Both the position numbers and the translations under genes were made by a program. This document shows, piece by piece, positions 1 to 12,190 of a stretch of 64,000 bases of DNA (the stretch's first letter is position 1; the number at the start of each line of letters is the position of its first letter). Source of the stretch: Lytechinus pictus (taxonomy: Eukaryota); NCBI RefSeq assembly GCF_037042905.1, contig NC_087246.1:45632001-45696000 (forward strand), in the 5' to 3' direction. Under the pieces are notes generated by a model. The model was not told where the DNA came from. It searched no databases and saw nothing but the letters and a program-made list of their open reading frames with translations.

Positions 1-1429
1 AACGTGGTATAGTTCCTGTTCTCAACGAACCTTTATTTCCGGATTACCGAACCTTCAGAATAACGAACCTTATTCTATTGTTGGAGTAGATAACCTTCGG
101 AATAACAAACGATTTTTTTTTTATTAACATGCTGATCATTCGACTTTCATATTGAGAATTGCAGGAACGTTTCATTAAATTATAAAAAATGACCTAGAAG
201 AATACGAAGAAGAGCACAGAGAGGAGAAAATATCTTGATCTAGTTGAAACCGAATAAAATATAGTTAGGCCATAATTCAGTATATGTAATTTCTACGTGA
301 CTTTGCAAGATAATGCGAGGTTGAATGTAGTGAAAATCTTTCTCTAGAACATGTAGAATATTCAATTTTTATCATATTTGAACAAACAAGAAGAAGACCA
401 TGTAATTTTAGAATTGTTAGGAGAAATGGTCTGGCAAAGAACTTTTAAAACATAAGAAGTATCGCTCTTACCGAGTATAAGATGAGTTGTGCAAACATGA
501 AATAAATACACTCCATTAAGGGCAGGATATGCATAACCTAACAGAAAAGATGGACATCATGCTTGGACGCTTATTCTTCTGCGCATTTGACATTTTCTCA
601 AGGTGGGTGGATGGATGGCCGACTGCTTTTCAAAAGATGGCTCGAATCCTGTTGAAAATGGACGTACATTTAATAAGGTATTCCTTTTAACATGTTTAAG
701 GTACGAGCATGGTATGGAATTGGAAATTACTCTTAAGATTTAAAAACGAATCACATTTCAAGACTTGCGTTGTTGTTTTGTTTTGATTTAGTAACGGTAA
801 AAATGTACCCCTACAAAAAACCACGACGTTTTTCCTCAATCTCTCATTTTTTCATCGTCAATTTTTCTGCCACAGACCATGGGTTGTTTGCGTTTAATTA
901 CAGTCAATCAAATGAGAGGTTGGGTGTCTAGGATTCTCTAGAAACAGGCACGTTCGTCATTTTGCGACATGTTTCAGACGAAATAAAGATCGAAGACATC
1001 ATTAAAAGTTGAGCATCAAATTACAGTGTACTGGAAGACGTGTCGTGTAGTCATGGTAGTGTTGGGCAAATAATTATTTGGTAGCTCTGCTGTCGCCGTA
1101 AATTGGTATTTCAAGTAATTTTCGATTCTCAACCATTCTCATTTGTAATAAAGTTATTCCCCTGATACACTGAAGTAGGATCCGGGATTATACAATTAGG
1201 TGTTTGCACTGAACAATGAACCACTCACGTTTGATATTGACATTGTGAAATTAACGAAAGCGTGTAGTATTTTTTCGGATGCAAAAATTTGAATTGTTCT
1301 TGGATATTTCATATCATCAATCGTCATGCCCATCACAGTGCTATACCGGGTACTCTAACCTCAACGATCCCTCGATATTGTTCCGTAATTTATGTAAGGC
1401 CTACTGCTTTCTATGTCTAGATTTTCAAG

Positions 1430-2725
1430 ATGGAGAATACAACCACGTCGATTCTCCGCAATCTTTCTGACCTAAGAATGACAGAATCGAGTGAGGCGAC
1501 TTTCCAGTTTTCAGTAAAATCCAAGGTTGTTTTCTCCGTAGAACTGTTGCTGGCCACTGTGACCATCGGAATGAATATCGTTATTCTGATAGCTTTCCAC
1601 ATCGAGAAAAGGTTGAGGACCTACTCCAACCAGTATATCATCAACATCACCATTTCCGATCTCCTTGTGGGGTTCATCATGTTGATTCGTTCTACCTTCG
1701 CCCTCTACAGAACCTGGGTATTTGGTGATGCTCTATTCTATGTCTTTGTCGGCGTTCAGAACACTCTTCTTGGAGTTTCAGTTCTCGGTGTTATTGCAAT
1801 TTGCATAGATCGTTACCTCGCAACCTGGTATCCGATTCATCATTTCCAAAGAAGAAGCAAAACGGTCGCACATGTCGTTAATGCTATCACCTGGGTCTTG
1901 TCCATTTCTTTCTGGATACCAATCGCAACAATCTGGGACTTGGTTAGCGGAGGAAAATCTAAGTCAAAGAGCATTGTGTTCAGCCCAAATTATGGTAACC
2001 ACGTGTATTCTATTGTTGGTGTCACACTCTGCCGCATGGCCATTCCCTTTGCTGTGATCCTGGTTCTTTACTTGAAGATCTGTGTTCGAGTCAGAACTAG
2101 ACGAAGGGAAAGAATTTTGAAGAGATTCAAGAGGTCTTCGAAAGTTGGAGTTGGGACTGAACCTCTTGCGGTAAAGGAGTATAAGATGAAAAATTCGTGG
2201 ACGAAACCACGAGATGATATTGATTTAAGAAATAATGCTTCTCGAAACGGTGTAAATCATTCTTCTCACGACCATACGATTCCTTGCTCCTCAAATTTCG
2301 GTCAACGTCGTATCAGAGAACAGATCAAGGTTAAGGAAAGTAAGAGAGGAGATCATTCTGGCATTTCTATTGTTGCGCCTTCATCTGAAAAGAAGCCAGC
2401 ACGTCAAATTACTGATCATGGGGTATCAACGACCATATCTGCAAGGTTGCAACATCAACAAAACAACAATGCTGGTCATATACCAGTTTCAGAAAACAGC
2501 AAAGTTATGTTAACCCTGACATTCATAGTAGTAGCCTTCTTCGTAACGTGGTTACCTAACGCCGTTAGTTTAATCTATAATAACGTGTTGACCAGTGACT
2601 ACGTGTTGAATGAAGTAACTCGCTGGATCACCTTCAGCAACAGCTTGCTCAATCCAGTTGCTTACGCTATGGCACAGCCGTTGTTCCGTACCACAATCGC
2701 GAGACTTGTAAAATGTCGTAAATGA
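1430..2725 (+). CDS. Class A (rhodopsin-like) GPCR 1, aminergic/muscarinic-histamine-like scaffold, orphan, single coding exon
   Basis: 431-aa ORF with 7 hydrophobic segments; GMN (TM1), SDLLVG (TM2), ICIDRY (TM3), FFVTWLP (TM6), NSLLNPVAY (TM7); long ICL3; splice-acceptor-like tttctatgtctag ends at 1420, just before the ATG. Confidence 0.95.
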   Translation: MENTTTSILRNLSDLRMTESSEATFQFSVKSKVVFSVELLLATVTIGMNIVILIAFHIEKRLRTYSNQYIINITISDLLVGFIMLIRSTFALYRTWVFGDALFYVFVGVQNTLLGVSVLGVIAICIDRYLATWYPIHHFQRRSKTVAHVVNAITWVLSISFWIPIATIWDLVSGGKSKSKSIVFSPNYGNHVYSIVGVTLCRMAIPFAVILVLYLKICVRVRTRRRERILKRFKRSSKVGVGTEPLAVKEYKMKNSWTKPRDDIDLRNNASRNGVNHSSHDHTIPCSSNFGQRRIREQIKVKESKRGDHSGISIVAPSSEKKPARQITDHGVSTTISARLQHQQNNNAGHIPVSENSKVMLTLTFIVVAFFVTWLPNAVSLIYNNVLTSDYVLNEVTRWITFSNSLLNPVAYAMAQPLFRTTIARLVKCRK

Positions 2726-2944
2726 ACGTCAACGTTTAAGAACTTTCATGATTCCGAATATTTGCTTTTGCGTTGGATACTTACCTACATACATGTAACT
2801 ATGTAGATTTGGTACAAGTGTTCGTGACAATTACAGTTGTACGGTGAAATCCATCATATTTTACTGGTCTAAGCATAAACAAGAAATTATTATCATGAAT
2901 GTGAATTAACGGATTCTATATTTTTTTCCACTCGTGGGCTGGAT

Positions 2945-3600
2945 AGCCCTCTTCAGCCACAGGCTGTTCTTCAGAGGGGTCCAGTGGACACGTTTAAAAA
3001 TACAAACATACAATATACAAACAAATACATATATTAAAGAAAACATAAATCAATCCTATACAAGATAGTTAGGACTACAAATTACAACTTATACAAATGT
3101 TTTGTTTTTTAAGTGGGATGGGGGATGGTGGGGGGGGGGGGGGATGGTAGCATGCAGTAAGGGGGAATCATAATAGGTGTTGAGCTAATGTGGTCCGAAG
3201 CTTTATCTTGAAGGTAGAAAGATAAGTTTCAGGAGGGATGTACGATATCAACTTGTTCCATAGCTTTCCGCCTTGAAACAAGAAACGTCTTTAATGTGCC
3301 ATATTCAGTTTTGGGGCAGCTCAAGGCCAGTTGCTATTTTCCTGACCTTGTTTTGTATATAGATTTATGGGAAATAAATATATCGCTAAGATATGGTGGA
3401 CCAAGACAATGTACGGATTTAAACATGACAACGGCCAAGTGTTTGGCCCAACGAATTTTTAGATTATCTATATTAAGCGAAGAATAAAGGAGTTTCGATG
3501 GATATAGGTAGTCAACCTGTAATCAGTTTTCAATGCTCTATTTTGTAATGTTTGCAATTTCTTATATTTGGTTTGGGAAGTTTTTCCCCATACAGTGCAA
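2945..3600 (-). mobile_element. 3' fragment of a CR1/L2-group LINE
   Basis: Minus strand 3540-3600 reads CTVWGKTSQTKYKKLQTLQNRALKT, typical of the RT C-terminal region of these LINEs; decayed; boundaries approximate. Confidence 0.55.
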
Positions 3601-4501
3601 CGAAGACTATGCCTTGAATTTTAACATATCATTAAATTTTCTTATCTTAATCGTTTTATTTTTTTTATTATCATTATGAAAAATATATGAAAATCTATTC
3701 GTGAAAACAATTTTGGCATATTCAATTTTCAATTTCACTTTGAATTTTCATTTTTGTCCATATGTCATCGTTCTAATCCTATTTACATGTCTTTTTACAG
3801 AAAAAAATTTGCAAGAAACAACCTTTTCCTTTGTATTTATGTTTTTAAACTTTGTTATGTATTTATTTCTATCGTTTCTTCTACATTGTTTTTTAATGAA
3901 AATTATTACAGACCATTTAACAATTAATTCAATCTTAAACTATTTCAGCAAACCAATTAGAAAGAGAGTAATGATCATTTTATGAATTTCATCTCGGTTC
4001 AAAAATTTACACAAGACTTCAAACAAAAAAGGTCATAAGATTTCGCGTTCCGAGAATATCGCGCGAATCGTTAAGGGGGCCCCTCGTCCTTTTGGGACAT
4101 CCTGATAATAAATGGCGAAACAGATCGTGCTAGTTTGTTACGTATAATAATATTGACTTTGCTTCTGAATCCCCGCAATCAAATAAAATTGTCAAATTAC
4201 AAGACAAGTATTGACCCTGTCGTGTCTGTCAAACCGAATAATGGAAAATGAGACCCTCGCATCTCGCCAGTTGACTTTGCCGGAGGCTGGAAGGCAAAAG
4301 GACTGACTAGAAATAATTGTCTCATCGTTCATGTTTTTTTTTATTCATAAACATGTATTCTTTTTTATAATTGTGTAATTTCCTTGTTTGTTTTATTAAT
4401 ACGTTTTGTTGTTTTGCATCGGTTGAATAGCGCTTTTGTCGTAAATAAAGGTAACAGAAGATATACATTTCACGTATTTTTCGACAACTCTGCCTGCAAC
4501 A

Positions 4502-4790
4502 CACTGGCGTACCTAGGATTTTCCAGAAGGGGGGCAAATTTTTTTGGAGGATATTTCGTCCGCGAAAAAATTGGACAAGCAAAAAAAAAAGGGTCTTCAA
4601 CCAAATAAAATGATTTCTTACCGGAAAAAAAGGTCTTCAGGTTCAAAAGAGGGGGTACACGTCTGTTTTTATTGCATTTTTACATTAAAAATTATTAATT
4701 TCGCTTCTCAAAAGGGGGGGGGGGCACGTCCCCTGCATGAGTTGTGACTCGTCAGGGGGGAGTCTGCCCCCCCCCTTAGGTACGCTAGTG
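4502..4790. mobile_element. hAT-like MITE (CA[CG]TRGCGTACC family)
   Basis: TIRs cactggcgtacctag / taggtacgctagtg; 8-bp TSD ctgcaaca (4494-4501, 4791-4798); relatives at 21653 and 54789. Confidence 0.85.
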
Positions 4791-5129
4791 CTGCAACACC
4801 TGTGCATCTTGAAAACGCAAATAATTTATAATGATTACCAAAACGAAACAGGACACGTAATACATAAGACATATCAATCATGCCCATCCTCGCCCAAATT
4901 GGTCTCAGACCTCTAGTCACGAAGACCTAAAATCGTTCCAAAACTTCTCAGATTGATAAAATCCCCGGAGAATAATAGATGAAAATGATTGACGAGAAGA
5001 AAGAAATGCTAAGAGATAGAGAGAGAGATGACGGGGTTCAATGATAGAAAGATGAAATGCCATGTATGATACAATGAAAAATAAGAAAAGAAAAAACCTC
5101 TCGCAGAAAAAGAAAAAAATAGGAAGAGG

Positions 5130-5192
5130 AAGATGGTGATGGTGGTGTTGTTGATGAGGATGATGATGATGATGGTGGTGGTGGTGGTGATA
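5130..5192. repeat. (GAT/GGT)n low-complexity trinucleotide tract
   Basis: gatggtgatggtggtgttgttgatgaggatgatgatgatgatggtggtggtggtggtgat. Confidence 0.8.
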
Positions 5193-5611
5193 TTGATAGA
5201 TTATATGCCTATCTATGGACTGGTGGTGGTAGTCATGGGAATGTTGCTGATGGTATGATGGACACACATAATGAGACTTGCGATTTGCAAATACATAAAC
5301 GAAATCAATCAGATCTTTATGCGGCCCATAATATAAACAGCATGACATCAAGAATAGATGGAATACAATGTAATCATTGTACGACTTGCCATTTTCTAGT
5401 TTGCATTAAATCATAAAAAAATCAATCATACATGTTTTCCGACTCATTTTCCGTGCATGAATAGGTACATCTCTGAATTATGGAATATTAGGTTCGATCA
5501 CTGACACATTTTTCAATTACCCTCAATCGGATTTTTTTTTGTCGTCCGTAATGGGCTACATGGTAAATTTTGTTTCTCAAAATCCCTTGTTTTCAGAGAT
5601 TCGCATCAATA

Positions 5612-5948
5612 GGAGCGTCGTGGTGTAGCGGTTCTGACTCTCGCCTTGCAATCAGAGGGACATGTGTTCGAATCCCTCCACGGCCCAGTGTCCCTTTGGT
5701 AAGGCGTTAATCCACACTTTGCCACTCTCTACCCAGGTGTTAAATGGGTACCCGGTAGGATGCGAAAGCCTATGTAGTATGCCTAGCAATTGAGTCTTGG
5801 AACTCTTGTAGTAATGCCACCCCGGGAGTGGAGATAGTGCATATATTGTGTGCAGGGATGTGAGGATCCGATGACCGGGGTAATAATAATTGCAATGTAA
5901 AGCGCTTAGAAACAAAGTGTAATAAGCGCTATATAACTATTATTATTT
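5612..5948 (+). mobile_element. tRNA-derived SINE, apparently full length
   Basis: Pol III A box tggtgtagcggt and B box gttcgaatcc; core cccaggtgttaaatgggtacc; LINE-like tail aagcgctatataactattattatt. Confidence 0.85.
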
Positions 5949-6084
5949 TCAATAGATGCAAATAATACCATGAAAACAATACATCAAGTTTCTTGACATA
6001 AAAGGTAAATTAGAGGTTAGGTGGTACTTTCGTATCGTGCCTAAATGGGACTGTCACACATGAGTGCGTTAACCAGTAACACCT

Positions 6085-6241
6085 GAGCCCCGTAACACAA
6101 AGGTTAGCGATGAATCGCTTATTTGAAAGAGTAATTCTAATTGGTTCCTATTCAGTGAGCTGAGCAACAAATGTACCGCAATGATTATCTTGATAGGCCG
6201 TTTCATTTACCGAATAATCGGCGACCTTTGTGTTACGGGCC
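6085..6241. mobile_element. Small MITE (PIF/Harbinger-like, CTG flanks)
   Basis: TIRs gccccgtaacacaaaggt / acctttgtgttacgggcc; relative at 57791-57951. Confidence 0.65.
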
Positions 6242-6500
6242 CTGGACACTAGATCAGTGGCCCTGGACAATCCTTCCCGAGTACTCAAGAGGGCGTTGTT
6301 TCACATGCGTATGCGCTGCGGATGGGGCCAGCTTCCCATTGACACCGACGTTATACGACGATTACGCATATGTCAAGGTCTGAATGCCCGAAATGTAATG
6401 ATTCTCAAAATGTTGAGTATGCTTCGGATTCTGTTCGAAGATCCTGGCAGGTAACGCCCTGACTCCTTCTAGTGGGTGAAGTGACGTCATCAGATGTTTT

Positions 6501-6777
6501 AATAATAATAACGCAGTTCTTGTATAGCGCATATCACATTATGTCATGCGCTTCCAAAGGACTTGGATATACCCTGGCTTTAGCCCCAAAGCCTTTTACA
6601 GCTCGGTGGCATTTCAAGGAATAAATTCCAGTCAGGTGCCCATTCATCTCACCTGGGTTGAGGCATCACAATGTGGATGAATTCCTTGCTGAAGGAAATT
6701 ACGCCATGGCTGGGATTCGAACCCACGACCCTCTTTTTAAAAGTCAGAAGACTAATCCACTGGGCCACAACGCACCA
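6501..6777 (-). mobile_element. tRNA-derived SINE
   Basis: Reverse complement shows tRNA head (B box gggttcgaatccc), core cccaggtgagatgaatgggcacc and an (att)n tail. Confidence 0.8.
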
Positions 6778-7029
6778 CAACGCGCCAGCGCCGAAATTCA
6801 TATACCTATGGATACCCATGGATGATAATGAACGAAGTCTCTGTATTCAACTCTAATTCCTTCTCCTCTTTAGGTTGGCTGGATCATGTCCTGGTAGGTC
6901 AGCGTCAAACTGGTCCACATCTCCAATATTTATCCAGTCCTTTCTCGAAGATGTGGACAGTGGGTGCATTAACTAATTCATTACTCTATTTCAAGGTTTT
7001 CTCATTCTTATGTAAAAAAATTATTACGT

Positions 7030-7560
7030 TTGTTAGTGACTGACCTCGGAATGTACAATTCTTTTGTTATGACCTCTAGTTGGCCCATGCGCCTCAACCA
7101 AATCTGGGACTACCTCCTGGTCATACCTGTGAAATAACTTGTATGTTTCAATCATATCTCCTCTCGCACGGCGATATGTCAATGTAAGAAGTCTTAGGTG
7201 AATCAATCTTTGTTCGTATGGAAGCTTCTTTATCTCAGGTACCACTTTAGAGGCCCTTCTTTGTGCATTTGTTATGGACTCCACACGGCAAGAGTATACT
7301 CCAAATGAGGTCTAATCAATGCTTTGTACAGGAGTAAAAAGTTCTTGTGAAGATAAACAAATGTTCTTCTTGTTAGATTCATTAGCCTATTGGCTTTATT
7401 TATCTTTTACTGACAGTGCTGGCCAAAACTAAGCTTTGTGTAAACTATCACTCATAAATCTTTACTTGCATCAAATTATGTGTGACAAAGTATGTGTGGC
7501 ATTATCATGTGTCAGTGTACAGTCATTAAATTCACCTTTTTTCAATTGCAAGTACACAAC
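7030..7560 (-). mobile_element. CR1-type LINE ORF2 C-terminal fragment (disrupted)
   Basis: AQRRASKVVPEIKKLPYEQRLIHLRLLTLTYRRARGDMIETYK is a hallmark CR1 ORF2 C-terminus. Confidence 0.85.
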
Positions 7561-7929
7561 ATTTATCCTGGTGGAACTTTCATAGCCACTTGTCCGACCA
7601 TGAAAGAAGACGATCTAAGTCTGCTTGTAATAGGTCAGCATCATTGTCATTTTTACAAGCCTGTATGTCTCAGTGTCGTCTGCAAATAAATAAATATCAC
7701 TGCCAAATGTTGCAGTCTGTCAATCTGTGGAGGTACCCCGAAAGAAATTAAGTTCTCAATCGGCACATAAAGTATTCGTTCAATCAGAGAAAAGCCGCAC
7801 GAATTTCTGGGGTCAAATATCTGTTTCAGTGGCAAACCAGCTGAAGTAAATGATTTTGTCAATAAGGAAATTGCTGACAGAATCCAAAGAGTAGACGAAT
7901 TATCCGTACGTCCTGAGTTTGAAGTTGCC

Positions 7930-8490
7930 ATTTACTCACAGTTCATACATTACAAAAGACCCACTTAGATAAACTCGACGTGCTAACCGATAAATACCTG
8001 AATAATTGGATAGGTATCCCTTCTCGAGGTGCCAGCATTGCTGTGGTCCACTTACCTCAAGGTCTCAATATCCCTAGACTATCCGACATTTACCGCCAAT
8101 CCCAATCCACCGCTTTTAGCAGATCGAGAGTTAAAAGCGGATTCAGTATTTAATCAAGCTATTGACTCTGCTATTGAAAGAGAGTCACAATGGTCACGAA
8201 AACAATCAACTGGAAAAGGAAAGTCACAAAGTATGACTCGATCGTTAGGGATATCAAGGAAAAGGGGTACACAGTGTCATTCTACGCTGTAGAAGTCGGG
8301 GCAAGGGGCCTAGTAAACCGGAATAATAAACACCGCCTTCAAAAACTCCTCAGAACAACAAATTCAAAAATCCGACCAACCGAATTTTCCATACCCTTTC
8401 TGAACTCGCCATACTCTCCTCTTTTTCGATATTTTACGCAAGAAAAGAGCGAACCTGGGGGAAGGTACGACACTTGGACCCGTAACCATC
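7930..8490 (+). mobile_element. Relic of a restriction-like-endonuclease non-LTR retrotransposon (HERO/NeSL-like), internally deleted
   Basis: LDKLDVLTDKYLNNWIGIPSRG (post-RT region), followed after frameshifts by KRKVTKY...FYAVEVGARG (RLE KxxKY / EVGxRG motifs). Confidence 0.7.
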
Positions 8491-9612
8491 CCCAAGGGCC
8501 CAAGATAATTTGCTTAGTTATGTTTTTTTAGCGTAAAGCAAATGTACTTTACTAATATTTCTTTCATAACTTTGTGATGTCAAAAGCTAATTAAGTTGAT
8601 CTGAATACACAAAGACATATTATGATCACGTCCATATATAATAATAATAATAATTAAGACGATATCGTAGTGGAAATTGGATATGTAACACCTCTCATAA
8701 TATTATCTGTACATTTCAAATTATACGTAATAATTGATTAACTCCATTTACATATCCAACTCTAATTTAGGAAATTTGATGAAGTTTTTTTTTCTTTCAA
8801 CGTGATATTAACGACAGCTTTAAACGATTATTTTCCTGCATTTATGTTACTCTAAATAATTTTCTATATTTGTATATACGTGTTACTTGTTTTGTAATCC
8901 ATGCATTGACCTGCCATTTGTTTGGAATGGAAACGGTGGACCTGGTCTCTTTATTTATATATATTATATCAGTGTCTTTGAACTTGAATAAAGTCATGAT
9001 GAAACTACAACGAAATCTGGTCTGGCAGATCATTGATGTATATTACAAAAAAGCAGGGGTCCGAGGACACTCCCTTCTGGTATTCCTCTGGTTACATCGG
9101 CCCAGTCAGAGAACACAGAGTCATCAAAAATACAGTGGTTGCTAAAACATAGGGGTTTATAGCCAAAGCCCACCCCCATCATACGCCATCTAATATAAGC
9201 ATGCGAAAAGAAAATTGGATGCTAGACACCCCCAAAGGCAACATCAACGATTTAAAAAATATTTTAAGCTTGAAAAATTACATAAGCTTTAAAATAACTT
9301 GTCAAAATTGATCAACAATAAACCCCCCAAAAAAATCTCAAAACAAAAAGAAGGAGGAAACAAGTTTTGACGTTCAGGGTTCTCTCAAGCGTGAGATGTG
9401 GACACTGCAGTTCGCAAATTATGGTGTCAAAGAAATCCACTGTATCTTGTCTTTTATTCATCTTTACAACTTCAAATTTTAACAGCATGAACAGGAAAAA
9501 TCATGTCCAATTTCCTAATTTGGCTTTTTGAAGACCAATTTAGTATTTTTGCTATATAAGATAACATTTCTTGACAACTTATTGTTGGTTTTGATGTGGC
9601 TGGTCTTATTTG

Positions 9613-10872
9613 TTATCGTCGAAATTTCAGAATCCTTAGAATGTTTTCACGAAAAATAGGCTGAGCAAAAGCATAGGAGATCGGGTTAATAAGGCTGTTG
9701 AGGTAAGTCACCCAGCGGGAAATTTCAGCAAAGACCGGATTGTTGGACGCCACATAGAAATAAATAACATTAATACTGTTGGGTAGCCAAGTAATGAAAA
9801 AGGCAGCCGTGATGAAGGTTAGTGTCCGCATGATCTTGTAGTTGTCACGAGTGGAAAGGCGATCTTTTCGGCTCCTGGGGAAGCCTTTTGAACGCGATGG
9901 CATTGATGCGGCGTCGCCTGGTTTTTCTAGTTGGTTAACTGAACTCGAGTGGCCATTGTTTTGTCGCAGACCGGCGGTATCATGTAACGCAAAAGGTTGT
10001 CTTATCGAAGAAGCTTTCCGAATGTATATATCTTTGGCATTGTCGACTGCGTAGTCGTTTGCACTTTTGTGATCATTACGGTGTGCCACGCAGTTCTTTG
10101 CACTTAGTTGACATTGTATCGTCGCCACGGTATTTCCTCTCGTTCCCCTTGTTTCCTCTTTTGTCTTTAACTCAAATTTGTTTGAAAGATACTTGCTTCC
10201 CGATCCTTTTACTCGGATATAAATCTTGAGATAAAGGGTTGCGATGATGATGAATGGAATTGCCAATCTACAAACTGCAAGTGCCACAGTAGAATAGATG
10301 TAATTACCGTAATTAGGAGCAAAGGGGTCATTTTCATCCTTCGGTGCAGATGGTTGGACAAAGTCCCAGATCACCGCAATAGGTATCCAAAAGGCCAAGG
10401 ACACCATCCAGATAATGGCGTTGACCATGTATGCTACTCTCTTTTTCTTACGTTGGAAATGGCGAATCGGATGATACGTCGCGACGTAACGGTCCAAGCA
10501 AATAGCAATAATTCCCAGGACTGATACTCCAAGAACTATATTCTGGACACCAATAAAAATAATTCCGAGGTCGTCCCCAAAGATCCATGTGCCGTACAGG
10601 ATAATCGAACACCGAATGGCCATAACGAACCCTACTAGGAGATCAGAGATGGTGATGTTAAGGATGTACTGGTTGGAGTAGGTACGCAACCGTTTGTCGA
10701 TGTGAAACGCCCTCAGAATCAACAGGTTCATGCCGACGGTCATCACGGTCAACAAAAGTTGGACGCAGAAAATAATAATGGAATTTGGGGATGGGTCAAA
10801 ATTCCATAGTGTAGAAGCTGGCATAGTCGTATCATCGAACAAGCCAAGAGGGATGTTTGTTAGTTCGTCCAT
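9613..10872 (-). CDS. Class A GPCR 2 (paralog of GPCR 1 and 3)
   Basis: 7TM with ICLDRY, FFITWLP, NSLINPISY. The ORF is open to 11010, but acceptor cctttacttgcag (AG at 10895-10894) precedes the coding exon, so the start is likely MDELT (10872) or MNKVA (10887). Confidence 0.93.
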   Translation of the reverse strand: MDELTNIPLGLFDDTTMPASTLWNFDPSPNSIIIFCVQLLLTVMTVGMNLLILRAFHIDKRLRTYSNQYILNITISDLLVGFVMAIRCSIILYGTWIFGDDLGIIFIGVQNIVLGVSVLGIIAICLDRYVATYHPIRHFQRKKKRVAYMVNAIIWMVSLAFWIPIAVIWDFVQPSAPKDENDPFAPNYGNYIYSTVALAVCRLAIPFIIIATLYLKIYIRVKGSGSKYLSNKFELKTKEETRGTRGNTVATIQCQLSAKNCVAHRNDHKSANDYAVDNAKDIYIRKASSIRQPFALHDTAGLRQNNGHSSSVNQLEKPGDAASMPSRSKGFPRSRKDRLSTRDNYKIMRTLTFITAAFFITWLPNSINVIYFYVASNNPVFAEISRWVTYLNSLINPISYAFAQPIFRENILRILKFRR

Positions 10873-11199
10873 GGCCACTTTATTCATGAAATTCTGCAAG
10901 TAAAGGAATAGCGCGAAAAACCCAAGTTGCATGACTATCAAATTATAATACGATGGTGAGACACATGGCCGTACGCAGCAAAATTCACCCAAAGTATGCA
11001 TGAAATCCAATAATTATTTTACTGGGTCGCAAAAAAGTTTACCCTTCTCATGCGCGTATTCTGGGCCCGGTCCCCCGAGTAGGCGAAAAGGGGGCGCCAA
11101 ATAGAGAAAGAAAAGAGGGGGAAAAAAGGGGAAGAAAAAAGGAGGGAAAGAAGAAGAGAAAGAAAGAGATAGGGAAATAATAAGGGAGAGTGAAGGGGG

Positions 11200-12190
11200 G
11201 GGGGGCGCCGAATCAATGTCTGACACAGGGGCGCCGAATTAATGATCGACATATATAGGGGCGCCTAATCGATGTCCGACATAGGGGCGCCGAATTAATG
11301 TTTGACATATATAGGGGGCGCCGAATTGATATCCGACCTAGGGAGGCGCCGAATTGATGTTCGACATAAAAGGCGCCGAATTGATTTTCGACCTAGTGGC
11401 ACCGAATCGATGTCCGACATAGGGGCGCAGAAACGAAGTTCAACCTAGGGGAGGCGTTGAATTGATGTCCGACCCAGGGGCGCCGAATTGAAGTTAAACC
11501 TAGGGGAGGCGTTGAATTGGTGTCCGACCCAGGGGCGCCGAATTGAAGTTCGATATAGGGACGCAGGGTTGATCTTCAACCTAGGGGGGCGAATTGAAGT
11601 TCGATATACGGGACGCCGAATCTGTGCTCGACCTAGGGGGCGCCGAATTGATGTTCTACCTAGGGGCGCCGAATGAAGTTCAACATAGGGGCGCCGAATC
11701 GGTGTTCGACCTGGGGGGCAAATTTACGTTCTATCTAGGGGTGGGGGCGCCGAATTGATGTTGAACATAGGGGCGACAATTTGATGTTTCTCCTGGGGCG
11801 CCAAGTTCATCTTTGACCCTTCAGACGACAATTTGATCTATGTCCTGGGGCAGTAAATTCATGTTCACCCTAAGGAGGGGGGCGCCAAACTCATATTCGA
11901 CTTTTGGGGCGTCAAATTGATGTTTATCCTAGGGCGCCGAAGTCATAGTCAACCTAGGGAGGGAGGCGCCAAATTCATATTCGACCTTTCGGGAGCCAAT
12001 TTGATGTCTGACCTGGGGCGCCAAATTCAAGTTTCACATGCGGGCGGGGGGCGACAAATTAAACCTGACCGGAGGCGCTAGATTGACCTGAAACAAGGGG
12101 CGCCAAATTGACCTGAAGTAAAGGGGCACCAAAATGACCTTAATCTCGTGGGGGTGCCAAATCGATGTTTGACCGGGGGCGCCAAATTTC
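11200..12190. repeat. GC-rich degenerate minisatellite (~31-35 bp, ggggcgccgaattgatgttcgacctag) inside an older repeat
   Basis: Roughly 30 degenerate copies; shorter homologous array at ~18910-19570. Confidence 0.85.

Noticed and set aside
4917-5351. Poly-His ORF
   Set aside because: Translation of a (GAT/GGT)n microsatellite and low-complexity DNA
5612-5685. Possible tRNA genes (also ~6705-6777, 45388, 58008)
   Set aside because: Degenerate cloverleaf followed by SINE core and tail; these are SINE heads
10873-11010. N-terminal extensions of GPCR 2 and 3 in the ORF track
   Set aside because: They cross a conserved splice acceptor and differ in start and length between the paralogs
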